A DNA stretch of 64,000 nucleotides from an uncultured delta proteobacterium (GCA_963832165.1 CAWHTE010000011.1:608001-672000); one strand, 5' to 3'; shown: positions 17,560 to 27,125, numbered from the stretch's first letter. Numbers and translations are program-made. The notes: generated by a model from the sequence alone, not told the origin.

Positions 17560-19968
17560 GTGCTGAGCCCGTACCGCGTGATCGATCTCGCGTGCGATCG
17601 CGGGATCCTGTGCGGCCAGATCCTCGCCGACCTCGGCGCGGACGTGATCCAGGTCGAGCCGCGCGCGGGCAGCGCGGTGCGGCGCGAGGGGCCGTTCCTC
17701 CGCGACGAGCCGGGCCTCGAGCGCTCGCTCGTGTTCTGGGCGTACGCGCGCGGAAAGCGCAGCGTTGCGCTCGACCTCGAGGACGAGAGCGACCGCGCGG
17801 TGCTGCGGCGCCTGATCGCAGGCGCGGACTTCCTGATCGAATCCGAGCCGCCCGGCCGGCTCGAGGCGCTCGGGCTCGGCGACGCCGCGCTCGAGGCGAT
17901 CCAGCCCGGGCTCGTACACGTCTCGATCACGCCGTTCGGGCGCGAGGGGCCGAAGTCGGGGTGGGCCGCGACCGACCTCACGCTGATCGCGGCGGCGGGG
18001 CTCGCGCATTTGAACGGCGAGGCCGGTCACCCGCCCGTGCGCTGCTGCGTGCCGCAGGCCTGGGCGCACGCGGCCGCCGATGCCGCAGTCGGCGCGTTGA
18101 TTGCGCACTTCGAGCGCGAGCGCAGCGGGCGCGGGCAGCATGTCGACATCGCAGCGCAGCACTCGCTCACGATCGGCACTCAGTTCCGCGTGCTCGACGC
18201 GCCGCTCGGCGAGGCACCTGCGCGCCGGCTCCCGGGCGGCGTGTTCGTCGCGGGCCGGCTCATCCCGCTGCGCTACCGGCTGCGCGACGGCTGGGTCGCG
18301 CTCGGACCCGCCATCCTGCCCTCGACGGGTCACTTCATGAAGCGGCTGCTCGCGTGGGCGCTCGAGGAGGGATTCGGCGATCCGGCCGCACTCGACGAAG
18401 AGTGGGGTCAGTTCGCGCTGCGCGTCGTGCGCCGCGAGCTTTCGCCCGACGCCTACGCGCCCGTCCACGCGGCGCTCGAGGCATTCTTCGCCACGCGCAC
18501 GAAGGCCGAGGTCGTGGAGGCCGCTTGCAAGCGCAAGCTGCTGCTCGCGCCGCTGTTCGATCTCGGCGAGTTCGCGGACAGCCCGCAGCTCGTCGCGCGC
18601 GGCTTCGCGACCGAGCTCACGCCGCCGGAGGCCGTGGCGCCGCTGCGCTTCCCGGGACCGTTCGCGCGTTTCGAGCGCACGCCGATCCGCTACGAGCGCC
18701 CGCCGCCGCGGCTCGACGAGCACGGCGCCGCGCTGCGCGCAGAGGCACCGCGCGCGCCAGCGTCGACCGGATCCGGCGGCGCGCCGGGCGCGCCGCTCGC
18801 GGGTGTGAAGATCCTCGATCTGTTCTGGATCCTCGCGGGCCCCGGCGCGACGCGCATGCTGGCCGACTACGGCGCCGAGGTGATCCACGTCGAGTCGACT
18901 TCGCACCTCGACACGCTGCGCGTGATCCCGCCCTATCAATACGCGAATCCGCATCCCGAAGGCGCAGGCGCCTTCCAGTGCGCGAACGCGAACAAGCTCG
19001 GCGTCACGCTGAATCTCGCGAGCGCGGAGGGGCGCGAGATCGCGCTCGAGCTCGTGCGCCGCAGCGACGTCGTGACCGAATCGTTCGCACCGGGCGTGAT
19101 CGACCGCTACGGACTCGGCTGGGAGACGCTGCGCGAGATCAAGCCGGATCTCGTGATGATCTCGAGCTGTCTGCTCGGTCAGACCGGACCGTGGCGCGAC
19201 CTCACCGGCTTCGGAAATCTCGCGGCCGCGATCACGGGCTTCCAGCAGCTCGCGCGCTGGCCCGATGCGCCGCCCGCGGGTCCCTACGCCGCCTACACCG
19301 ACTTCATCGGCGTGCGCTACAACGCGCTCGCGATCCTCGCCGCGCTCGAGTACCGCAATCGCACCGGGCAGGGCCAGTACATCGACATGGCGCAGGGCGA
19401 GGCCGCGCTGCACTTCCTCGCGCCCGCGCTGCTCGACTACGCCGCGCACGGCCGCGTACCCGGGCCGCTCGGCAACACCGACCGCGAGCTGCACCCGCAC
19501 GGCATCTTCCCGTGCGCGGGCGAGGACGCATGGGTGGCGATCGCGGCGCGCGACGAGCGCGACTGGCGCGCGCTGTGCAGTGCGATCGGGCGTCCTGACC
19601 TGCTCGCGCGCCGCGGCGAACGCGAGCTCGTCGACGCCGCGCTCGCGGAATGGACGCGCGCGCTCGCTCCTGCCGAGGTCGAGTCCGCGCTGCAGGCGCG
19701 CGGCGTGCCCGCGCACGCGGTGCTCGACATGCCGGGCGTATTCGCGTGTCCGCAGCTCCAGCACCGCGGCCACTGGATCGAGATCGCACACGACATCTTC
19801 GGCACCACCACGATCGAGAGCACGCGCATGCGCTTCTCGCGCTCCCGTGCACTCGTTCCCGAGCGCGCGATCGCGTTCGGACGCGACAACCGCGTCGTGC
19901 TCGAGTCCATCCTCGGCTATTCGCCCGAGCGGATTGCGGAGCTCGAAGCGAAGGGCGTGCTCAGATAG
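17560..19968 (+). CDS. Double-domain CaiB/BaiF CoA-transferase
   Basis: Two class III modules (LADLGADVIQVEP...GKRS; LADYGAEVIHVES...NANK). Confidence 0.9.
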   Translation: MLSPYRVIDLACDRGILCGQILADLGADVIQVEPRAGSAVRREGPFLRDEPGLERSLVFWAYARGKRSVALDLEDESDRAVLRRLIAGADFLIESEPPGRLEALGLGDAALEAIQPGLVHVSITPFGREGPKSGWAATDLTLIAAAGLAHLNGEAGHPPVRCCVPQAWAHAAADAAVGALIAHFERERSGRGQHVDIAAQHSLTIGTQFRVLDAPLGEAPARRLPGGVFVAGRLIPLRYRLRDGWVALGPAILPSTGHFMKRLLAWALEEGFGDPAALDEEWGQFALRVVRRELSPDAYAPVHAALEAFFATRTKAEVVEAACKRKLLLAPLFDLGEFADSPQLVARGFATELTPPEAVAPLRFPGPFARFERTPIRYERPPPRLDEHGAALRAEAPRAPASTGSGGAPGAPLAGVKILDLFWILAGPGATRMLADYGAEVIHVESTSHLDTLRVIPPYQYANPHPEGAGAFQCANANKLGVTLNLASAEGREIALELVRRSDVVTESFAPGVIDRYGLGWETLREIKPDLVMISSCLLGQTGPWRDLTGFGNLAAAITGFQQLARWPDAPPAGPYAAYTDFIGVRYNALAILAALEYRNRTGQGQYIDMAQGEAALHFLAPALLDYAAHGRVPGPLGNTDRELHPHGIFPCAGEDAWVAIAARDERDWRALCSAIGRPDLLARRGERELVDAALAEWTRALAPAEVESALQARGVPAHAVLDMPGVFACPQLQHRGHWIEIAHDIFGTTTIESTRMRFSRSRALVPERAIAFGRDNRVVLESILGYSPERIAELEAKGVLR

Positions 19969-19984
19969 GGTGGGCAATCCCGCG

Positions 19985-21634
19985 CTAGGTCCACTCGATC
20001 AGCAGCGTCGCCTGCTCGGCGCTCGCGCGGGCGAGCGGCTCGGCACGCTCGCCGAAGCGGGCCTCGACGCGCTCGCGCCGGATCTTCAGCGTCGGGGTCA
20101 AGACCTCGTTCTCGATCGTCCAGGCCTCGCGGCACACGATCAGCGCGCCCACGCGCGCGTGTTTCTCGACCTGGGTGTTGATCGTCTCTGCCTTCGCGCG
20201 CAGCGTCCGTTCCACTTCCGCGCGGTCGCAGCGCTGCGCGAACTCGTTCAGCACGCACACCATCACGGTCTTCGAGTAGCCGCGCCCGAGCAGGCACACC
20301 TGCGCCGTGTGGGGATTGTCCGCGAAGTCGCTCTCGATCGGCACCGGCGCAACGAACTTGCCCTGGATCGTCTTGAAGTAGTCCTTCACACGGCCCGTCA
20401 GGTAGAGGAAGCCGTCTTCGTCGACGCGCGCCTTGTCGCCGGTGTGCAGCCAGCCGTCGCGGTAGAGCTCGGCGGTCTTGTCCGGCATCTCGTAGTAGCC
20501 GGGCGAGAGGCCGTCGGCGCGGATCAGCAGCTCGTCCTCGTCGCTGAGCTTGTAATCCACGCCGGCCAGTGGCTTCCCGATCGAGCCCACGCGGAACTCG
20601 GTCCGAGTGCTCGCCACCAGACCCATCGCCTCGGTCTGCCCGTAGCCCTCGAGCAGTTGCACGCCGACGCGCCCGAACCACTCGATCAGCGCCGGCGGCG
20701 TTGGCGCCGCGGCGGTCAGACAGTAGTCGGAGTCACCGAGGCCGAGGATCGCGTCGACCCGCGCCCGAACGGCGTCGCCATCTCCGGCGAGCGCGCGATC
20801 GAGCGCATGCTGCGATTCGAACTCCGCGAGCACGGTCTGCTGGAGCTGCTCCCAGATCCGCGGCGGGCCGAACACGAAGTTCGGACGCACGTCGCGCAGG
20901 TCGCGCAGCAGCGTCGCGAGCGACTCATTGAACGTCACCGTGCCGCGATAGAGGAGCGAGTACGCCTCGACGAGCTGCCGCTCGCCGATGTGGGAGAGGG
21001 GGAGATAGGAGAGGAAGCGCGGGTGCTCGCGCACCGCGAACGCGGCGGCGAAGCGGTGGATCGGGAGGATCATCGACGCGTGCGTCTGCATCACGCCCTT
21101 TGGCACGCCGGTCGTGCCCGAGGTGAAGACGAGCGAGAGGACGTCGTCCGCGTCGCAGCGGTGCCGCGGGCGCGAGCCCGCGGCCTCGGCGAGCAGATCG
21201 TCCCAGCGCAGGTGGGGCCTGTCGATCTCGACACCGGGCAGGCAGACGATCTCGGTGCCCTCGGGCAGCGCGCCGCTGACCGCGTCCCAGTTCTGTGCCT
21301 CGCCGAGGAAGAGCAGCTTCGTTTCGGAGAACTCGAGCACGTAGCGCGCCGACGGTGCGGGGATCGTCGTGAAGATCGGGACCGCGACGTTTCCGGACGC
21401 GGTGATCGCGAAGTCGGCGAGGAACCAGTGCGCGCGGTTGCGCGACAGGATTGCCATCTTCACGCCGGTGCCGAAGCGCGCTTCGAGCCACGCGGCGACG
21501 GCGTCGATCTCGGACTTGGCGGTCTGCCAGCTCCACGCGGTGAAGGCGTCGCCCTGGCGGTCGCGCAGCCAGATCGCGTCCGAGGCCTCGCTGGCCCACT
21601 GCTCGAGGTAGTCGGAATAGACCCGGTGCATCAC
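19985..21634 (-). CDS. Long-chain acyl-CoA synthetase (AMP-binding)
   Basis: FTSGTTGVPKG, YLPLSHIGER, GYGQTE, GWLHTGD, LTPTLKIRR. Confidence 0.92.
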   Translation of the reverse strand: MMHRVYSDYLEQWASEASDAIWLRDRQGDAFTAWSWQTAKSEIDAVAAWLEARFGTGVKMAILSRNRAHWFLADFAITASGNVAVPIFTTIPAPSARYVLEFSETKLLFLGEAQNWDAVSGALPEGTEIVCLPGVEIDRPHLRWDDLLAEAAGSRPRHRCDADDVLSLVFTSGTTGVPKGVMQTHASMILPIHRFAAAFAVREHPRFLSYLPLSHIGERQLVEAYSLLYRGTVTFNESLATLLRDLRDVRPNFVFGPPRIWEQLQQTVLAEFESQHALDRALAGDGDAVRARVDAILGLGDSDYCLTAAAPTPPALIEWFGRVGVQLLEGYGQTEAMGLVASTRTEFRVGSIGKPLAGVDYKLSDEDELLIRADGLSPGYYEMPDKTAELYRDGWLHTGDKARVDEDGFLYLTGRVKDYFKTIQGKFVAPVPIESDFADNPHTAQVCLLGRGYSKTVMVCVLNEFAQRCDRAEVERTLRAKAETINTQVEKHARVGALIVCREAWTIENEVLTPTLKIRRERVEARFGERAEPLARASAEQATLLIEWT

Positions 21635-21705
21635 CGCGCGGCAGTATACGCCCGCTGCTGTGCGCCTTTGCGTAGCCGTGAATCGGCCCTAGTCTTGACC
21701 CCACA

Positions 21706-22072
21706 GGGGGCGATCGGTTTCGACGGGTGGTCGAAAGCGGGCGCTGCGTGCCGAGGACGTCATCTCCCTCGTTAATCCGGTGGCAAGTTGGTAGCTATAA
21801 CTGCCGACGCAAACTACGCACTCGCTGCCTAGCTAATCCCTAGCGACAGCGACGCCCGTCCGCGACGCCTTCTAGCGGGTTGCGGGCGTCATTAGAGGGC
21901 TGGCCCCCGGCCGCTGACAGACCGCATCCGGGGGCGAGAAACAAGTCTGTCTAGGTGGGAGCTTCTCCAGGTTTCCGCGACTGGCCCCACCGAAAATGAG
22001 CGGAAGCTACGCACGTAGACGCGCTGGCCGGACATCATGCGGACGCGGGTTCGATTCCCGCCGCCTCCACCA
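21706..22072 (+). ncRNA. ssrA: tmRNA; tag peptide (A)ADANYALAA at 21803-21832
   Basis: 5' GGGGGCGATCGGTTTCGACGGG; 3' T-arm GCGGGTTCGATTCCCGC and CGCCTCCACCA with G3.U70; ATAACT resume context then GCC GAC GCA AAC TAC GCA CTC GCT GCC TAG. Confidence 0.97.
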
Positions 22073-22211
22073 AAATCCACAGTAGTTTCAGTGATTTGCA
22101 GACGCGAAATAGCGCCTGCACACCGCGCGCACACCGGGCCCTCGTCGGGCTCCTCTCCTGCACCCAGCGCGAGATCGTTGTTTCTGGGCGACTCTGAGCG
22201 CCGGTGAATTC

Positions 22212-22490
22212 ATGCGCGCGCTGACCGAGGACACCCGAGCGCTGATCGAGCAGTTGCGGTCGCTGCCCAAAACGCAGGTTCGGAAGTCGTCCGCGCGCGC
22301 ACCGCCGCCGGGGTGGAGCTGCTCGGAAAGATCGCCGACGCCGCCGAGCTGGCAGCGCTTCCCGAGATCTTGTCGTTCGTACTGGAGAAGGACGCGCTGT
22401 TCGCACAGGCAGCTTCGCACAGGCAGCTTCGCACAGGCAGCGGCGCTGCTCGCGCTCTCGGTGCGCGGCGAAGCGGAGGCCTCTGACTAA
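22212..22490 (+). pseudogene. Degraded helical-protein remnant containing a 14-bp triplication
   Basis: Protein-like text switches frame (MRALTEDTRALIEQL... then VELLGKIADAAELAALPEILSFVLEKDALFAQAA). Confidence 0.4.
22400..22441 (+). repeat. Perfect tandem repeat, 3 x 14 bp
   Basis: TTCGCACAGGCAGC at 22400, 22414 and 22428. Confidence 0.92.
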
Positions 22491-23440
22491 CCTCGTGCCG
22501 TGTAGCACGGCACGAATAGCTCAGCGCGTGCCCCGAGAAACGCCTCGATGATCTCCTTGCTGCGGTGCCGCGCCTCGAACTTCCCCAGCCCGATGAGCGA
22601 GTCGATGCCGCGCACATCGTCGAGCTTGTACTGTCCGCGCGTCACGGTGGGATCGACGCGACACACGTTCTCCGAGCCGAGCAGGTTCTGCGCTAGTCCG
22701 AGCGCACACCTGGACTGGCCGACGAACATCATCTCCATGAGCGGCGTCCCCCATCCGAGCGCACCCGTGAGTCCACGCGCTCGGAAGAAGCTTCGCCGCA
22801 TTGGACTCGACGTGCAGCTGATGCTCAGAACCTTGATCGCGTCGAGCGGCCATCGCAATCGGTGGCCGACGGCCTCGACACAGCCTAGCGCAACGGGGTT
22901 GTTGGCCCAGAGGCCACCGTCGAGAAGCTCGGGCCCGCGCTCTGCGCGGGCCGCGGGGAAGAACGTCGGCGCGGCGCTGGTCGCAAGCGCGACCTCGACG
23001 GCACACTCCCGCCAATCCGTGTGGAAGTCGGTGTGATGCGGCGTCTTGTAGATGTAGACCTCTCCCGACTCCAGAACCTGTGATGGGATCAGGAGGCGCG
23101 TGCTCGCCTCGCAGAGCTTGCGGTCGCCTAGCTTCTCCTCCAGCACGCTGCGGAGACCAGCGCTGTCGTACTTCGTCCGGAGAGCCCGTCGCGCACTTCG
23201 GAGCCACTGATTGCCGTGGAAGATCCGCGCACCCTCGCGCTCGTAGAGCGTGGTCAGCTCGCGTGCGGACATGCCCATCGCGAGGCCGATCGCAATGATG
23301 CCGCCCGTCGAGGTGCCCGTGATCAGGTCGAAGTACTCGCCGATCTTGCCCTCGACGTGATCCTCAAGCTCCGCGAGGAACGCCGCGGCGAACACGCCCT
23401 TGATCCCGCCGCCGTCGATCGCAAGGATCTTCCTCACCAC
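22487..23440 (-). CDS. CBASS patatin-like phospholipase effector (CapV/CapE-like)
   Basis: DGGGIKG, GTSTG nucleophile, SAAPTFF, DGGLWANNP; start overlaps the E2 stop; same operon as the CD-NTase. Confidence 0.88.
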   Translation of the reverse strand: MVRKILAIDGGGIKGVFAAAFLAELEDHVEGKIGEYFDLITGTSTGGIIAIGLAMGMSARELTTLYEREGARIFHGNQWLRSARRALRTKYDSAGLRSVLEEKLGDRKLCEASTRLLIPSQVLESGEVYIYKTPHHTDFHTDWRECAVEVALATSAAPTFFPAARAERGPELLDGGLWANNPVALGCVEAVGHRLRWPLDAIKVLSISCTSSPMRRSFFRARGLTGALGWGTPLMEMMFVGQSRCALGLAQNLLGSENVCRVDPTVTRGQYKLDDVRGIDSLIGLGKFEARHRSKEIIEAFLGARAELFVPCYTARG

Positions 23441-23865
23441 AGCCTCCGGCGCCGGCGCGATCTGATGCGCGGATGACTACCGCCCCCGGCCCACGTTCCG
23501 GTGGCGTGCCACACCTCGTAGAAGTACAGCCATTCCATCGCCCACGGCACGATGGTGACGGACAGCCGTAGATGCGGGCCCCACTCTCCCCTCCGTGGCT
23601 GATACAGGCACAATCGGAGCCTAGGGTAGACGTGCGGCACGGGCGTTCCGTCGTCGAGCGGGCGCAGCTCGGGATCTTCGACCGTCACCTCAGGCGCTGT
23701 TCCCAGTCGATAGCGGAGCCGCAACAGGTAGCGGTCCGTGATCTCCGTCGGCTGAACGATGGCCTGCGCGTCGAGTTCCTCGCGGCGAAGACCTCCGTGG
23801 AATCCAATCTGCCGGAGATACTGGAGCTGGATCGCGGCGGTGAGCCTTAGTGGTCCCCTACTCAT
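23434..23865 (-). CDS. Stand-alone prokaryotic E2-fold protein (CBASS type II-short Cap2/E2)
   Basis: PHVY...LCLY...EW...TIVPWAMEWLYFYEVW..TG.W.GGG.H pattern with His/Cys; start overlaps the CD-NTase stop. Confidence 0.82.
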   Translation of the reverse strand: MSRGPLRLTAAIQLQYLRQIGFHGGLRREELDAQAIVQPTEITDRYLLRLRYRLGTAPEVTVEDPELRPLDDGTPVPHVYPRLRLCLYQPRRGEWGPHLRLSVTIVPWAMEWLYFYEVWHATGTWAGGGSHPRIRSRRRRRLW

Positions 23866-24994
23866 CGTCGCCGCCGTGGAACGTGTGGGGCGGGACGATC
23901 GTGCCGCCGATGGTGGCGGAGGTCGTCAGGCTCCGACCGGTGGTGCGAACCTGGCCTGCGCGACGCTGCTGATCGAAGCGCTGGGCGACCGACAGCCGTG
24001 CCTCGTGCACGACACGCTCACCGAAGAGCGCTTCCAACGCACGGTCGAGACTGGGGCCCGTGAGCGTCGCTAGCGCGCGGAGACGGTCGCGGAACTCGAT
24101 CATCCAGCCTACTGCGATCGCGTAGTCGGCGGGCTTCTCGCGCCACTTCTCGCTGAACTCCTCCAGCTGGTTCGTCGGGTTGCGCACGACGAGCTGCTCC
24201 CCGCGAGCCTCGGCGCTCTCGATCTCGTAGACGATCTGCTCCATTACCGTCAGGAGCCCCTCGTACAGCGTCGCCGCACCGAGGTAGTTCCGCGCGGCGA
24301 GCGTCGTGATCACGACCGAACGAGGCGCAGCCTCGTGCCCGTCGAAGTGCACGTCGCGCGCGCGCTTGATCAGCTGGACGATGCGCTTCAGCAAAGCCTT
24401 CAGGTGCGCGGGATCGTTGCTCGGAAGCGGAGCCTGCTTGAGAGCCACGTACCGCTTGCGCACCAGAGTGTCGATGGCGCACTGGCCATCGAACCAGACC
24501 GCGTACCCCTCCGGATCGCTGTTCGTGTAGCCGCGCAACTTGCGGTCCGGCACGAGGATGCTCGTGGCGCTCGTCTGCGGGTTCGGGTCCAGGATCGCGA
24601 AGAGGAGATCGAGGTGGAAGTCGGCGTAGTTCAGCCGCACGCATCGGTTCATCTTCTCGATGATCGGGCCGAAGAACGCGTCCCGCGCGAGCGTGTTCAG
24701 GCCCCAGTTGTACAGCTGCTGCGCGGTGATGTGCAGCACGACGCCGCGCAGCACGATCACGATGTCGAGATCGAACTCACCGCCACCGCGAGGCCGGACC
24801 GTGGTATGAATCCGCATCGAGCCCTGCGGACCGATCGCGAGCCATACACCGGCTGGTGTGTTCGACTCCAGGTATCTGCCGACGTGTTTGTAGGCGCTGA
24901 CGGCCTTCTCGTACCGGGTTGCGTCGAGCTGCAGCTTGACCGTGATCTCGGAAAGAAGGTCGCTCAGCGCGCTCGCGCTGTTGTACTCGATCAC
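23858..24994 (-). CDS. CBASS cyclic-oligonucleotide synthase (CD-NTase/SMODS, clade G-like); ORF extends to 25126, GTG 24994 preferred
   Basis: PQGSMRIHTTVRP..GEFDLD (GS, DxD), FHLD third Asp, SDPEGYAVWF, LKRIVQLIKRARD, RSVVITTLAA, NPTN..EEFSEKW, C-terminal PHTFHG-GDDE. Confidence 0.92.
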   Translation of the reverse strand: MIEYNSASALSDLLSEITVKLQLDATRYEKAVSAYKHVGRYLESNTPAGVWLAIGPQGSMRIHTTVRPRGGGEFDLDIVIVLRGVVLHITAQQLYNWGLNTLARDAFFGPIIEKMNRCVRLNYADFHLDLLFAILDPNPQTSATSILVPDRKLRGYTNSDPEGYAVWFDGQCAIDTLVRKRYVALKQAPLPSNDPAHLKALLKRIVQLIKRARDVHFDGHEAAPRSVVITTLAARNYLGAATLYEGLLTVMEQIVYEIESAEARGEQLVVRNPTNQLEEFSEKWREKPADYAIAVGWMIEFRDRLRALATLTGPSLDRALEALFGERVVHEARLSVAQRFDQQRRAGQVRTTGRSLTTSATIGGTIVPPHTFHGGDDE

Positions 24995-25184
24995 TGGGGG
25001 GTTCTCCGAAGTCGCGATGGCGAGGCGGAGAGCCTGCGCATCGCCGGTGCGCTGTCGTCTCAGGGCGCCCGGGGACGCGCCCCCATCAAGACCTTGAGTA
25101 GCAAATTGTTCAATCCGCCGATCCACTACAGGATCTGGTAGAACTGGGTCTAGATGGCCCCAACCGGTAGATCCCGCGGGGATC

Positions 25185-25506
25185 GAATGGCGTCGGCTCG
25201 CAGCGCACCGCTCTGGAGAGCGGCGGCGTGCGAAGGCTCGCCCATCCGAGCACAGGCATGAGGACTAGCGAGACCGCGGTGAGCGCGATCCCAACCACGC
25301 TTTCGTGGGCTTCTCCCCCGTAGCCCACGAGTCGGCGACCGGCGTCGAGCACGATGTAAACCGCGAGGGGGAGGAGAAGACCCCCGCGATGCGTGCCGCC
25401 CGATGCTCCAGCAGCTCGGCGCGGTCTTCGTCGGCGTTGCCTTTACCTCAGCGCGAAGCCGCCATCCCACCACGGCGGCGCTGGTCGTCTCGACGAACGA
25501 GTCGAT
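25185..25506 (-). pseudogene. Internal fragment of a cation-efflux (CDF-like) membrane protein with several frameshifts
   Basis: IDSFVETTSAAVVGWRL / [12 protein letters not shown] / [22 protein letters not shown] / [11 protein letters not shown], split across frames. Confidence 0.7.
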
Positions 25507-25754
25507 CCTCGGATAGCTGTGACCGCCGACTGGTGTTCTCGGGGAGCAGGGAGCTGCGTCGAGAGGCACAACGCGCGGGGCTCGCCAGGGTGGGACTGCG
25601 GCCAGAATTCCACGATCTCGCCATCGAGCTGTTGCGGGAAAACGGCGCGTTGCTCGACCACGCTCGCCGGCGCGTGCTAGGCGCGCTGCATTCAGTGAGA
25701 AGCCCGCGCGAGGTCGTCACCCCGGCCGTCCGTGCCCTCCTTGGCGCACCCTGA

Positions 25755-25915
25755 CACCCAAGCTCGGCGAGCCGGACGGTCCAGTCGTCGGTCAGGCAGC
25801 CCTCGAGCAATGTGCGGTCGATGCGATCCAACCCGAGCGCATAGCGATACAGCGTGTTGCGAATCTGCTCGCGGTCGTTGAGCTCGCGGAGGAGCGATTC
25901 GGCGCTCTCCGGCAT
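25755..25915 (-). pseudogene. Truncated SnoaL/NTF2-like gene (N-terminus only)
   Basis: LRELNDREQIRNTLYRYALGLDRID...CLTDD, then similarity is lost. Confidence 0.6.
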
Positions 25916-26014
25916 GATTGCTCCAAGGGTGGGTGGCGCGCGGTTTCAGTTGACGCGATCGCCGCGGCCATGCATATATGTACAGAATTATTTCAAAAAA
26001 GGAGGTAGGTGCGC

Positions 26015-27106
26015 ATGGCGATCTCGGCGACCCGAACCGTGGGTATCCTCGCCATCCCGAGTGTGAAGGCGCGTTGGGGCGCTGCGCATTACTTGGCGTG
26101 CTTCGGCGGTCTGATGTTGCTCGCCCAGACGTGGACCTACGGGGGCTGGCTGGCCGCGGGTCCCTACTCGGTGAACCAGTTCAAGACACCGGGATCGGTG
26201 ACGTGGTGGGCAGCGCGCAGCTACGAGGTGGTGTTCGGGATCTTCTTCTTTTGTCTGGCGACCTGGGTCGTGCGCGGCTGCCTGCGAGAGCGGCGCTTCA
26301 CCTTCGACGCCAAGCTGATGCTGGCGGGCTGGTCGATCATCTGGCTCGACGCGTGGACCAACATCCTGGCGCCGATCTGGATGTACAGCTCGAACTGGAT
26401 CAACCTGAACAATCCGCTCTCGGGCTTCCCGCTACCCGTGAACCCCGACATCGGAAGGCTGCCGTTCCCGCTCCTCTTCCACATGTTCTGCTACCCGCTG
26501 ACGAACCTCGGTGCCGGCCTGCTCGTCTGTTCGATCATGGGCATGCTGCGCTCGCGCTGGCCTTCGATCAGCGTCGCGCGCATGCTGCTCGTTGCCGTGC
26601 TGGTGGGGATTGCGTTCGACCTCGCGTTCGAGATCCCGATGTTCAAGCTCCGCCTGTGGGCGTTCCCCGGGACGCCCGATCAGCTCGCGCTGTTCGCCGA
26701 CAACAGCACGAAATTTCCGATCTGGGAGATGATCCCGGCCGGGATCGGCTTTGCCTCGTTCGGTGCGCTGCGATTCTTCAAGGACGACAAGGGTCGCGAG
26801 ATCACCGAGCGCGGTCTCGAGGCGCACGCTTCGTGGAAGCGCACGGTGATCTCGACGGTGGCCGTGATGGGCGTCGTGAACATCGTCTGGCTCGTGTGCA
26901 CGACGGGGCAGGCCCTCGTTGGCTTCTACGCGGCGCCCTACAAGCCGCTTCCCGCGCATCTGGTCAACGGGATGTGCGACGCCCCGCTGCTCGAGGGCGG
27001 GCGGGTCACCGGCACGCGCTACGGGCCGTGCCCGGAGAAGGGAGTGCCGATTCCGGTCCGCGATCTCCCGGGGCGAGCGCCGGGCTCGCCCTACGAGTCG
27101 TACTGA
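26015..27106 (+). CDS. Spirocyclase AveC-family integral membrane protein
   Basis: GGAGG RBS; multi-TM; FTFDAKL, WLDAWTN..APIWMYSSNWINL, FDLAFEIP...LWAFPG...KFPIWE, NGMCD. Confidence 0.75.
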   Translation: MAISATRTVGILAIPSVKARWGAAHYLACFGGLMLLAQTWTYGGWLAAGPYSVNQFKTPGSVTWWAARSYEVVFGIFFFCLATWVVRGCLRERRFTFDAKLMLAGWSIIWLDAWTNILAPIWMYSSNWINLNNPLSGFPLPVNPDIGRLPFPLLFHMFCYPLTNLGAGLLVCSIMGMLRSRWPSISVARMLLVAVLVGIAFDLAFEIPMFKLRLWAFPGTPDQLALFADNSTKFPIWEMIPAGIGFASFGALRFFKDDKGREITERGLEAHASWKRTVISTVAVMGVVNIVWLVCTTGQALVGFYAAPYKPLPAHLVNGMCDAPLLEGGRVTGTRYGPCPEKGVPIPVRDLPGRAPGSPYESY

Positions 27107-27125
27107 CCACGCGAAGAGCGCACCG

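Larger units (their letters stand above)
22073..25755. mobile_element. Degenerate tmRNA-anchored islet carrying CBASS (no integrase seen; right boundary approximate)
   Basis: Starts at the tmRNA CCA with AT-richer att-like sequence and GCACACCG direct repeats; defence cargo flanked by remnants; ends near a truncated SnoaL gene. Confidence 0.5.

Noticed and set aside
19964..19985. ATAGGGTGGGCAATCCCGC as another REP copy
   Set aside because: Too short and divergent, lacks the GTAG end and a partner
22035..22072. Stand-alone tRNA
   Set aside because: It is the tRNA-like 3' domain of tmRNA; there is no anticodon arm
21892..22134. Short minus-strand ORF containing GGGGGNRTRV
   Set aside because: Antisense shadow of the tmRNA T-arm and acceptor stem
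26015..27106. Avermectin-like biosynthetic cluster
   Set aside because: No PKS, NRPS or ACP genes; the neighbourhood looks catabolic
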